Positions 9,557 to 18,042 of a DNA stretch of 64,000 nt are shown here, piece after piece. The notes under the pieces were generated by a model that worked only from the letters and a program-made list of their open reading frames with translations, ran no database searches and was not told where the DNA came from. A program made the position numbers and the translations under genes. Position 1 is the stretch's first letter. Each line of letters opens with the position of its first letter. Source of the DNA: Alphaproteobacteria bacterium (GTDB lineage: Bacteria > Pseudomonadota > Alphaproteobacteria > UBA828); assembly GCA_963667705.1 (NCBI GenBank), contig OY763937.1, positions 703,069-767,068 of the forward strand, given 5' to 3'.

Positions 9557-11269
9557 CTAGCGCAGCATGTAGCGCTGGGCCAGCGGCAGCGTCTCCGCCG
9601 GCTCGCAGGTGGCGAGCGCGCCGTCCACCCTCACCTCGAAGGTCTCGGGATCGACCGTCACCTCGGGGCAGGCGCCGTTGTGCAGCATGTGGCCCTTGGC
9701 GAGCTTGCGCGTGCCCTGCACCGGCACCGTGCGGCTCTCCAACCCGAGCCGGCCGGCCACGTCGGCGTCTGCCGCAGCCTGCGAGACGAAGCTCAGGCTC
9801 AGCGCCTCCTTGGCCCGGCCGAAGGCGCCCCACTGCGGGCGCATGAGAAGCGGCTCGCAGGTCATCAGCGAGGCGGCGCTGTCGCCCATCGCCGACCAGA
9901 CGATGAAGCCGCCCTTGATCACCAGCTCCGGCTTGATGCCGAAGAAGGCCGGGCGCCAGAGCACCACGTCGGCGAGCTTGCCCGGCTCCAACGAGCCGAT
10001 GTGGGCGTCGATGCCGAAGGTGCGCGCGGCGTTGATGGTGTACTTCGCGATGTAGCGCTTGATGCGCTCGTTGTCGCCCTTCGCCGTCCCTTCCTCGGGC
10101 AGGCGGCCGCGCTGGCCGCGCATCTTGGACGCGAGCTGCCAGGTGCGGCAGATCACCTCGTTGATCCGCCCCATACCCTGGCTGTCCGAGCCCAGCATGG
10201 AGATCGCGCCGATGTCGTGCAGCACGTCCTCGGCGGCGATGGTCTGGGCGCGCACCCTGCTCTCGGCGAAAGCCACGTCCTCGGGCACCGCCGGGTTGAG
10301 GTGGTGGCACACCATGATCATGTCGAGGTGCTCGTCGAAGGTGTTGCGCGTGTAGGGGTTGGTCGGGTTGGTGGAGGAGGGCAGGCAGTTGGGCTCGCCG
10401 GTGATGCGGATGATGTCGGGCGCATGACCGCCGCCCGCGCCTTCGGCATGGTACATGTGGATGGTGCGGCCCTTGATGGCGGCCAGGGTCTCCTCCAGAA
10501 AGCCGCTCTCGTTCAGCGTGTCGGTGTGGAGCTGGACCTGGAAGTCCATCTCGTCGGCGACGGCGAGGCAGGTATCGATCGCTGCCGGCATGGCGCCCCA
10601 GTCCTCGTGGATCTTCAGCCCCATGCAGCCGCCGGCGATCTGGTCCACCAGGGAGAGCGGCTTTGCCGAGTTGCCGCGCCCGAGGAAGCCGAAGTTGAGC
10701 GGCCACTGCTCGGCCGCCTGCAGCATCTTGCCGACGTTCCAGGCGCCGCCGCAGTCGATGCCGACGGTAATGGGCCCGAGCGAGCCGCCGAGCATGGTGG
10801 TGATGCCGCTCGAGATCGCGTGCTCGCAGAGCTGGGCGCTGTCGAAATGGACGTGCACGTCGATGCCGCCCGGCGTCGCGATCAGCCCCTCGGCATCGCG
10901 CACCGTGGTCGCGGCGCCACAGAGCAGGTTGGCGTCCACGCCGTCCATCACCGCCGGGTTGCCGGCCTTGCCGACTCCGGCGATCAGCCCCTCCTTGATG
11001 CCGATGTCGCCCTTGACGATGCCGAGCACCGGGTCGATCACCACGGCGTTGGAGATCAGCATGTCGAGCGAGCCCTGCGCGCTGTCGAGGCCGGCGACGA
11101 GGCCGATGCCGTCGCGCAGGGTCTTGCCGCCGCCGTGCAGGCACTCCTCCCCCGGCACGCCGTGGTCGTGCTCGACCTCGGCCAGCAGCGCGCTGTCCCC
11201 CAGGCGCACGCAGTCTCCGGTGGTGGGGCCGTAGAGCGCCGCGTAGTCCGCCCTGCTCATCCGTGCCAT
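9557..11269 (-). CDS. ureC: Urease alpha subunit
   Basis: The nickel-site motifs are all present: [18 protein letters not shown] (carbamylated Lys), [26 protein letters not shown] and [10 protein letters not shown]. Length is 570 aa. Confidence 0.95.
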   Translation of the reverse strand: MARMSRADYAALYGPTTGDCVRLGDSALLAEVEHDHGVPGEECLHGGGKTLRDGIGLVAGLDSAQGSLDMLISNAVVIDPVLGIVKGDIGIKEGLIAGVGKAGNPAVMDGVDANLLCGAATTVRDAEGLIATPGGIDVHVHFDSAQLCEHAISSGITTMLGGSLGPITVGIDCGGAWNVGKMLQAAEQWPLNFGFLGRGNSAKPLSLVDQIAGGCMGLKIHEDWGAMPAAIDTCLAVADEMDFQVQLHTDTLNESGFLEETLAAIKGRTIHMYHAEGAGGGHAPDIIRITGEPNCLPSSTNPTNPYTRNTFDEHLDMIMVCHHLNPAVPEDVAFAESRVRAQTIAAEDVLHDIGAISMLGSDSQGMGRINEVICRTWQLASKMRGQRGRLPEEGTAKGDNERIKRYIAKYTINAARTFGIDAHIGSLEPGKLADVVLWRPAFFGIKPELVIKGGFIVWSAMGDSAASLMTCEPLLMRPQWGAFGRAKEALSLSFVSQAAADADVAGRLGLESRTVPVQGTRKLAKGHMLHNGACPEVTVDPETFEVRVDGALATCEPAETLPLAQRYMLR

Positions 11270-11272
11270 CGC

Positions 11273-11968
11273 TCAAGCCCCCTTGAAGCCGCGGGCGCGG
11301 GCGCGGGCAAGCGCCTCCTGCTTGACGGCGTCCGAGCGCCGCGAGCCCTGCGTGAGGTCGTTGAGCCCCACCATCTCGCCGCTGCCGCCGAACTCGACCA
11401 GCGTCACCTCCTTGGTCTCCCCCGGCGCGAAGCGCACCGCCGTGCCGGCGGGGATGTCGAGGCGCATGCCGAAGGCGGCGGCGCGGTCGAAGTCGAGGTG
11501 CCGGTTGACCTCGAAGAAGTGGTAGTGGCTGCCGATCTGCACCGGGCGGTCGCCGGTGTTGGTGACCGCCACGGTGGCGCACGCCCGGCCGGCGTTGATC
11601 TCGATCTCGCCCTCCGCCGGGATGATCTCGCCGGGCCTCACGCTCTCTGTCTGCTGCTCCTTGCCGGGGCGAATGGGCTCGTGCACCGTCACCAGCTTGG
11701 TACCGTCGGGGAAAGTCCCTTCCACCTGCAGCACCGGCATCATCTCGGCGACGCCCGGCATCACGTCGTCGCTGGTGAGGATGGTGGCGCCGAACTCGAT
11801 CAGCTCCGCCACCGAGCGTCCGTCGCGCGCGCCCTCGAGGATCTCGTCGCTGATCAGCGCCACGGCCTCGGGGTGGTTGAGCGCGCGGCCGCGCGCGCGG
11901 CGCCTTCGCGCGAGCTCGGCGGCGGTGAAGATGGTCAGCCGCTCCATCTCGGTCGGTGTCAGCAGCAT
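11273..11968 (-). CDS. ureAB: Fused urease gamma-beta subunit
   Basis: The N-terminal 100 aa ([14 protein letters not shown]...[14 protein letters not shown]) is UreA/gamma. The C-terminal part (GEIEINAGR...[17 protein letters not shown]...[13 protein letters not shown]) is UreB/beta. Both lie in one ORF of 231 aa. Confidence 0.9.
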   Translation of the reverse strand: MLLTPTEMERLTIFTAAELARRRRARGRALNHPEAVALISDEILEGARDGRSVAELIEFGATILTSDDVMPGVAEMMPVLQVEGTFPDGTKLVTVHEPIRPGKEQQTESVRPGEIIPAEGEIEINAGRACATVAVTNTGDRPVQIGSHYHFFEVNRHLDFDRAAAFGMRLDIPAGTAVRFAPGETKEVTLVEFGGSGEMVGLNDLTQGSRRSDAVKQEALARARARGFKGA

Positions 11969-11983
11969 CGTGGGCCACCCTGC

Positions 11984-12676
11984 TCAGTTGCTGAAGAGTC
12001 GGACCTCTGCCTCCTCGTGGCGAGCCGCCGCGACATCGGCGAGCGGCGCGTAGGCGCGGGCCTCGCTCACGTCGGGCGCCGGCCGGGCCAGCAGCGCCGC
12101 CATCCGGGGCCGCAGCGCGCGCAGCATGATCTGCCCGTCGAGGTGGCCGATCAAGCCGAGCCTGAGCGCGGCTCCCACGATCGTCGCGCAGAGCCCGTGC
12201 AGGCTCACCGCCTCGGCGCGGGCGAGGTCCAGTCCCGCCCCGGCCAGCACCACGCCCTGCACCACGGCGAGGTGGCCGTGGGCGTCGCCGGCGCGGAGGC
12301 GCGCGCGGTAGTCCGCGGCACCGGGCGTGCCCATGCGCGCATGCACGCCGAGCAGCGCGGCTCCTCCCTTGCGCGAGCCCTCGCGCAGCTCTCGGGGCAG
12401 CGTCATCGCCTCCTGCAGCGCGTCGATTTCGGCGACTTGCGCCCAGTCGGGGCAGGCGCGGTGGGCGGCGGCGAGGAAGGCGCGCTCCGCGGTGGCCCAG
12501 CGCTCGGCCACCTGCTCGGCGAGGAAGGCGTCGAGCGCGGCGGCATCGCTCACGATGCCGTCGGCGTGCAGCGTCTCCAGCCCCAGCGAGAACGACACCG
12601 CGCCGCTCGGGAAGAAGCTGTCGCCGAACTGCAGCGCCGCGAGGTCGGCCGCCGCGCCGCCGTCCGCCTCGCTCAT
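11984..12676 (-). CDS. ureF: Urease accessory protein UreF
   Basis: LQFGDSFFPSGAVSFSLGLE at the N-terminus and a terminal RLFSN resemble the UreF family. It sits immediately upstream of ureAB. A GGAGG RBS lies 6 nt before the ATG. Confidence 0.75.
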   Translation of the reverse strand: MSEADGGAAADLAALQFGDSFFPSGAVSFSLGLETLHADGIVSDAAALDAFLAEQVAERWATAERAFLAAAHRACPDWAQVAEIDALQEAMTLPRELREGSRKGGAALLGVHARMGTPGAADYRARLRAGDAHGHLAVVQGVVLAGAGLDLARAEAVSLHGLCATIVGAALRLGLIGHLDGQIMLRALRPRMAALLARPAPDVSEARAYAPLADVAAARHEEAEVRLFSN

Positions 12677-12705
12677 CGCGTGCCTCCGCCTGGTCCCTTC
12701 CTGGC

Positions 12706-12720
12706 TGGCACCTTACCTGC
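12706..12720 (+). promoter_or_regulatory. Candidate sigma54 -24/-12 element (TGGCAC-N5-CTGC) facing the D-aminoacylase gene
   Basis: TGGCACcttacCTGC has the canonical 10-nt spacing between GG and GC, with one mismatch to TTGC. It lies about 90 nt upstream of ATG 12811 in the ureF/D-aminoacylase divergent region. Confidence 0.25.
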
Positions 12721-12810
12721 CGGCGCGAGCGGGGCGAAAGTCTGTTGTCACGGCCCGCCGCCACGGTCATGGTCCACCCGGCATCCACGGGAGAAGAGCG
12801 GGAGGCGGTG

Positions 12811-14253
12811 ATGGCGGCGCACGAGCGCTACGATGTCCTCTTCACGGGCGGCACGGTGATCGACGGCACCGGCGCGCCGCGTGTGCGGGCCGATGTCGCG
12901 GTCGCGGGCGATCGCATCGCCGCCGTGGGCGATCTGGCCGGGGTGCAGGCCGCGCGCGCGATCGACGCGCGCGGGCGCATCGTGGCACCCGGCTTCATCG
13001 ACGCCCACACCCACGACGACAACCTGCTGCTGGTGGACCCGGCGATGACGCCCAAGACGAGCCAGGGCGTCACCACGGTGATCGCCGGCAACTGCGGCGT
13101 GAGCCTCGCGCCGCTCCGGCCGGGGCGCCCGGTGCCGCCGCCCTTGGACCTGCTGGGCGGGCCCGACGACTTCAGCTATCCGCGCTTTGCCGACTACGTG
13201 GCGAGGCTCGACGAGACGCCGCCTGCGGCCAACGCCGGCCTGCTGGTGGGTCATTCGGCGCTCCGCCTCGACACCATGGACGACGTGGACCGCCCGGCCA
13301 CGGCGCCCGAGATCGACGCCATGCGCGAGCGCCTCGCCGAAGGGATGGAGGCCGGCGCCATCGGCTTCAGCACCGGGCTCATCTACGGCCCCAACAAGGC
13401 CGCCACCACCGACGAGGTCGCGGCGGTGGCGGAGGTCGCGGGCGCCGCCGGCGGGCTCTACGTCACCCACATGCGCAACGAGCACGACGGCGTCGAGGAG
13501 GCGATGGAGGAGGCCTTCGAGATCGGCCGCCGCGCCGGCGCCGGCGTCGTCATCTCGCACCACAAGTGCGCCGGCCGGCAGAACTTCGGCCGCAGCCGCG
13601 ACACCCTCGAGCGCATCGAGAAGGCGCGCGAGGGCCAGTCCGTCGGCCTCGACGTCTACCCCTACACCGCGGGCTCCACGGTGCTGCTGGCGGAGATGGT
13701 GGAGAAGGCCGAGCGGGTGATCGTCACCTGGTCGGAGCCGCACCCGGAACACGCCGGCCGCGACCTCGCCGAGGTGGCGGCCGAGCTCGGCGTCGACGCG
13801 CTCGCCGCAGTGGACAGGCTCAACCCGGCGGGCGGCATCTACTTCATGATGGACGAGGCGGACGTGCAGCGCATCATCGCCTACGAGCACAGCATGATCG
13901 GCTCCGACGGCCTGCCCCACGACCGCCATCCCCACCCCAGGCTCTGGGGCACCTTCCCGCGCGTGCTCGGCCACTACGCCCGCGAGCTCGGCCTGCTCAC
14001 GCTGGAGGACGCGGTGCGCCGCATGACCGGGCTCAGCGCCGCGCAGTTCGGGCTCACGGACCGCGGCGAGGTGCGCGCCGGCGCCTACGCCGACCTCGTG
14101 GTGTTCGATGCGGAGACCGTCGCCGACCGGGCGACCTTCGATGCGCCGATGCAGCCGGCTGCCGGCATCGACGTGGTCATGGTGAACGGCCAGGTGATCC
14201 GCGAGGGCGGCCGGGCCACCGGCGCCCGCCCGGGGCGCGCGCTGCGGCGTTAG
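12811..14253 (+). CDS. N-acyl-D-amino-acid deacylase (D-aminoacylase) family amidohydrolase
   Basis: YDVLFTGGTVIDGTG, GFIDAHTHDD and VIAGNCGVSLAP are present. ATG 12811 is preceded by a GGGAGG RBS. The track ORF starts earlier, at 12745. Confidence 0.85.
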   Translation: MAAHERYDVLFTGGTVIDGTGAPRVRADVAVAGDRIAAVGDLAGVQAARAIDARGRIVAPGFIDAHTHDDNLLLVDPAMTPKTSQGVTTVIAGNCGVSLAPLRPGRPVPPPLDLLGGPDDFSYPRFADYVARLDETPPAANAGLLVGHSALRLDTMDDVDRPATAPEIDAMRERLAEGMEAGAIGFSTGLIYGPNKAATTDEVAAVAEVAGAAGGLYVTHMRNEHDGVEEAMEEAFEIGRRAGAGVVISHHKCAGRQNFGRSRDTLERIEKAREGQSVGLDVYPYTAGSTVLLAEMVEKAERVIVTWSEPHPEHAGRDLAEVAAELGVDALAAVDRLNPAGGIYFMMDEADVQRIIAYEHSMIGSDGLPHDRHPHPRLWGTFPRVLGHYARELGLLTLEDAVRRMTGLSAAQFGLTDRGEVRAGAYADLVVFDAETVADRATFDAPMQPAAGIDVVMVNGQVIREGGRATGARPGRALRR

Positions 14254-14259
14254 AGCAGA

Positions 14260-14437
14260 ATTCGATCACACGGGGTCACAACCGCTCGCGCGATCCCCAC
14301 CTCCCCCTGTCCCCCTCCTCCCAGGAGGAGGGGGAACGAAAGCGGCGCGGCCTACTCTCCCTCTCCTCCCCGCCGGGGAGGAGAGGGCCGGGGTGAGGTG
14401 GGGGCATCCGGGCCGCTGTGATCCCGTAAGATCGAAT
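14260..14437. repeat. MITE-like repeat family B, complete copy with ~24-bp terminal inverted repeats
   Basis: The left end is attcgatcacacggggtcacaaccg and the reverse complement of the right end is attcgatcttacgggatcacagcg. Internal hairpins are ccccctcctcc-cag-gaggaggggg and ctctcctcccc-gcc-ggggaggagag. The right half is repeated at 54120..54184. Confidence 0.6.
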
Positions 14438-14563
14438 GATGCGCTAGGGCGTATCCGTTTCACACGGAAACGCCCTAGATATTTGTCGCTCACGGCAGCC
14501 GGCCTCCGGCCGGCGCCTGCGCGGGCGCGCCGCATAAGCGGCGGGCCGCGGTCGCGGCCTGTC

Positions 14564-14588
14564 GCGCGTCCGTCAAAGACGGACGCGC
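14564..14588. terminator. Perfect 11-bp stem / 3-nt loop hairpin between convergent genes (candidate bidirectional terminator)
   Basis: The sequence is gcgcgtccgtc-aaa-gacggacgcgc. It lies 10 nt downstream of the stop of the minus-strand TPR gene. There is no clear U-tract. Confidence 0.35.
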
Positions 14589-14597
14589 TCTAGAGAC

Positions 14598-15176
14598 TCA
14601 GATTTCCTCGCGGCCGAGCAGGGTGCGCAGGTGCTCGGCGCGCTGCCTGACGCCCTGCATGTGGGGATTGTGGACCAGCGCCCGCTCGAGCGCCGCCAGG
14701 GCCTCCGCGTGGTTGCCCAGCGCGATATGGCAGAGGCCGAGACCCGAGAGGGCGCCGAAGTGGCGCGGCTCGCGCTTGAGGGTCTCGTCGATGTCGGCGA
14801 TCGAGCCCGCGTAGTCGCCCATCAGGTAGCGCACGGTCGCGCGCCGGTTCCAGCCCTCCGACAGGTCCGGCCGGCGCTGGACGATCCTGTCGAAGATCCT
14901 GTGCGCGACGTCGAAGCGGCGGGTGGCAAGCATCGCGCTGCCCGCCTGGAACATGTCGTTGATGTCTTGCGAATCGCTGGTGAACCAGTGGCTCCAGATC
15001 TGCGCCTCGATCCGGCGAACCTGCTGCGGGGTCTCGGCGGTCTTGAGATCGCGGAAGAGGCCGTCCAGCGCCGGGTCGTTCTGGTCGGCGAGCGCAGGGG
15101 CCGCCGCGAGCAGGAGCAGCAGCGCAAGAGCGAGCGCAGGCAGTCGATGCGGTCGCATATTGCTCCAGTGGCCCAT
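14598..15176 (-). CDS. Secreted TPR-repeat protein
   Basis: It has a signal peptide (RLPALALALLLLLAAAPALA) followed by TPR-like repeats (EGWNRRATVRYLMGDYAGSIADIDETLKREP; ALSGLGLCHIALGNHAEALAALERAL). The start could instead be at 15158. Confidence 0.7.
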   Translation of the reverse strand: MGHWSNMRPHRLPALALALLLLLAAAPALADQNDPALDGLFRDLKTAETPQQVRRIEAQIWSHWFTSDSQDINDMFQAGSAMLATRRFDVAHRIFDRIVQRRPDLSEGWNRRATVRYLMGDYAGSIADIDETLKREPRHFGALSGLGLCHIALGNHAEALAALERALVHNPHMQGVRQRAEHLRTLLGREEI

Positions 15177-15236
15177 GCAGCAGCCTAGACCCGCCGCGCC
15201 AGCCGCGCCAGCAGTCTTTGCGCGCGGCGTCGACTC

Positions 15237-16439
15237 CTAGGCCGCGCTCGCCTCGCGGCGCACCAGCGGCTTGTCGGCGATGGGCCAGTGCAGGATTGCC
15301 GCCACCACGCCGAGCGCGACCGCGGTCAGCCACACCGCGTCGTAGGAGCCGGTCTCCTCGTAGACGTAGCCGCCCAGCCAGGCGCCGAGGAAGGAGCCCA
15401 CCTGGTGGGCGAGGAAGACGATGCCGAAGAGGGCGCCGAGATAGCGCGGCCCGAAGATCTGCGCCACAAGCCCGCTCGTGAGCGGCACCGTGCCGAGCCA
15501 GAGCAGGCCCATGAAGACGGAGAACACCAGCACGCTCGCCTCGGTCACCGGCGCCACGACGAAGAGGCCCATGACCAGCGCACGTCCCAGATAGAAGAGC
15601 GAGAGCACGTACTTCTTGCGGTGCCGGCCGCCGAGCCAGCCGGCGGCGAAGGTGCCGACGATGTTGCCGAGCCCGATCACCGCGATCGCCGTGGCCCCCA
15701 GCATCGGCGCCAGCCCTGCGTCGGTGAGGAAGGGCGGCAGGTGGGTGGCGATGAAGTAGACGTGGAAGCCGCAGACGAAGAAGCCGCCGCAGAGCAGCCA
15801 GAAGCCGCTGTGCGCGCGAGCCTCGGCCAGCGCCTCGCGCAGCGACTGGGCGCTGCCCTCGGGCGGCGTGTGGCTGCCGCGCATGCCGACGAGGCAGGGC
15901 AGCATCATCGCCGCGATCCCGCAGTAGACGATGAGCGCCATCGACCAGCCGACGCCGTCGATCAGCGCGCCGCCCACCGGCGCCAGCGCGAACTGGCCGA
16001 AGGAGCCGCCCGCCGCAGCGATGCCGAGCGCCATGCTGCGCTTCTCGGGCGGCACCGCGCGCCCCACCGGGCCCAGCACCACGGCGAACCCGGTGGCGCT
16101 GATGCCGAGGCCGACCAGCAGGCCCTGGCCCAGGTGCAGCCCGATCGGGCCGTCGGCCCAGGCCATCCACAACAGGCCGGCGACGTAGATCACGGTCCCC
16201 AGCAGGACGATCCGGATCGCCCCGTGGCGGTCGGCGAGCGCGCCGAAGACGGGCTGGCTGATGCCCCAGACCATGCCCTGGATGGCGATGGCGAGCGCGA
16301 AGGTCTCGCGCGAGACCCCGATTCCGAGGCTCATCGGCGTGACGAAGAGGCCGAAGCTCGAGCGCAGCCCGTTGCTGATCGTCAGCACCGCCGCCGCACA
16401 GAGGACCAGCACCAGCACACTGGTCGTGGTGCGGCTCAC
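15237..16439 (-). CDS. MFS transporter
   Basis: 400 aa with about 12 hydrophobic segments. The GALADRHGAIRI motif sits between TM2 and TM3. Confidence 0.85.
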   Translation of the reverse strand: MSRTTTSVLVLVLCAAAVLTISNGLRSSFGLFVTPMSLGIGVSRETFALAIAIQGMVWGISQPVFGALADRHGAIRIVLLGTVIYVAGLLWMAWADGPIGLHLGQGLLVGLGISATGFAVVLGPVGRAVPPEKRSMALGIAAAGGSFGQFALAPVGGALIDGVGWSMALIVYCGIAAMMLPCLVGMRGSHTPPEGSAQSLREALAEARAHSGFWLLCGGFFVCGFHVYFIATHLPPFLTDAGLAPMLGATAIAVIGLGNIVGTFAAGWLGGRHRKKYVLSLFYLGRALVMGLFVVAPVTEASVLVFSVFMGLLWLGTVPLTSGLVAQIFGPRYLGALFGIVFLAHQVGSFLGAWLGGYVYEETGSYDAVWLTAVALGVVAAILHWPIADKPLVRREASAA

Positions 16440-16487
16440 GGGCGCGGCTCCGCAGAACCCGGGGGCCTCGGGAAGGCCAACGCCGTC

Positions 16488-17792
16488 TCAGCCATGGCGC
16501 GCGAGCGCTCGCTCCAGAATCGCGGCGGCGCGGTCGATCTGCGCCTCGCCGGTGCAGAAGGGCGGCACGAAGCGGAGCACGTTGCCGTGCTGGCCCCGCA
16601 CCGAGAAGAGCAGGCCGTCCCTCAGGCAGTCGCGGTAGACCGCCTGCGCCTCCTCGCCCGCGGGCTCCCTGGTGGCGCGGTCGCGCACCAGCTCGACGCC
16701 CTGCAGGCAGCCGCGCCCGCGCACGTCGCCGATCATGGGGAAGCGCTGCTGCAGGGCTTCCATGCGCGCCTTCCAGCGGGCGTCGATGGCGCGGGCCTTC
16801 GCCGGCAGGTCCTCTTCCAGGATCTCGTCGAGGCTCGCGAGGCCGGCGGTGCACGCGATGGGATCGGACGAGTGCGAGTGGCCGAAGGTGAGCCCGCCCT
16901 CCAGCGCGCGCGCGGCGATCGCGTCCGTGGTCACCATGGCGCTGATGGGGAGCCCGCCGCCGAAGTGCTTGGACAGCGTCATGATGTCCGGCACCACGCC
17001 GTGCCGCTGGTAGGCGTACATGGTGCCGAGCTTGCCGAGCCCGGTCTGCGCCTCGTCGAGGATGAGCAGCGCGCCCCGCGCCTCGAGCTCTCCCTTGAGC
17101 GCCACGAGGTAGCCCGGCGGCATCTCGATCACGCCGCCCGCGCTGATGAGCGGCTCGGCGATGACCGCGGCGAGGTTGTTCGGGCACTCGCGGTCGAGCA
17201 GGTCGAAGGCGATCGCGAGCAGCGGCCGCCACCAGTCCTCGCCCTCCGTGCCCACCGGCGAGCGGTAGGCGTAGGGCGCGGGGATCGCGTAGAGGTCCGG
17301 GATCGGCGGCCCGTTTCCCCCGGTGGCCGCGGCGAAGCTCATGGCGCGGGTCACGTCGGTGTAGCCGTGAAAGCTCAGGTGCAGCGCGCCGATGCCGCTG
17401 CGCCCGGTGGCGCGGCGGGCGAAGAGCACCGCCGCCTCGTTGGAATCGGCGCCCGACTGGATGAAGAGCGAGCGGCTGAGCGGGGCGTCGAAGGTCTCCG
17501 CGAGGCGCGCGGCGAGACGGAGCTGCGGCGCGTTGAAGTAGACCGAGCTCGCATGGGTCAGCGTGCCCAACCCTTCGCGCACGGCTTCCGTCACGCGCGG
17601 GTTGTTGTGGCCGAGCGCCGAGCACATCTGGCCCGAGTTGAAGTCGAGATAGGCCTGGCCGTCGGCGTCGAAGATCTCGGCACCGTCGGCGCGGACGAAG
17701 ACGGGGCCGTCGGCCGCCGGCACCACGTCCGACAGCAGCTCTCCCTGGATCAGATGACGCGCGCCGGCGGCGCGCAGGGCCGTGATGTCCAC
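16488..17792 (-). CDS. Class III (omega) aminotransferase, PLP-dependent
   Basis: YLDFNSGQMCSALGHNNP, LILDEAQTGLGKLG and the MTLSKHFGGG Lys motif are present. The start is uncertain. GTG 17792 follows GGGGGAGGA, and the track ORF extends to 17891. Confidence 0.85.
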   Translation of the reverse strand: MDITALRAAGARHLIQGELLSDVVPAADGPVFVRADGAEIFDADGQAYLDFNSGQMCSALGHNNPRVTEAVREGLGTLTHASSVYFNAPQLRLAARLAETFDAPLSRSLFIQSGADSNEAAVLFARRATGRSGIGALHLSFHGYTDVTRAMSFAAATGGNGPPIPDLYAIPAPYAYRSPVGTEGEDWWRPLLAIAFDLLDRECPNNLAAVIAEPLISAGGVIEMPPGYLVALKGELEARGALLILDEAQTGLGKLGTMYAYQRHGVVPDIMTLSKHFGGGLPISAMVTTDAIAARALEGGLTFGHSHSSDPIACTAGLASLDEILEEDLPAKARAIDARWKARMEALQQRFPMIGDVRGRGCLQGVELVRDRATREPAGEEAQAVYRDCLRDGLLFSVRGQHGNVLRFVPPFCTGEAQIDRAAAILERALARHG

Positions 17793-18042
17793 CTCGTCCT
17801 CCCCCGCGAATTCGACCGGCGCGATCCTAGCCCGACTCACCCCTGCAGGCGCACCCCTTATGCGCCGAAGTGTCCCGGGCCGGGCCGGCAAGTTGACGGT
17901 GCGGGCCGGGGCTCGCTAGAGTCGTCCGAGCCCGCGGCACGGCTACAACGACAAGAACGGGCTTGCGCAGAGTACGGCGGGCCATGCGCAGGCCGGGCGG
18001 GGCAGGCGGCGCCGGGACCGAGGCGCCGCGCTGGGAGGCGCG

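Noticed and set aside
9557-11269. Whether UreC is an inactive, urease-like pseudoenzyme (given the missing accessory genes)
   Set aside because: All metal-ligand and catalytic motifs that I can check by eye are intact, so the sequence gives no support for loss of activity.
8304-12788. 1494-aa ORF on the minus strand
   Set aside because: Only the last 408 codons (8304-9530) form a real amidohydrolase gene. The upstream roughly 1080 codons are R/G/A/P-rich off-frame read-through across ureC, ureAB and ureF, which occupy other frames of the same strand and have clear homology.
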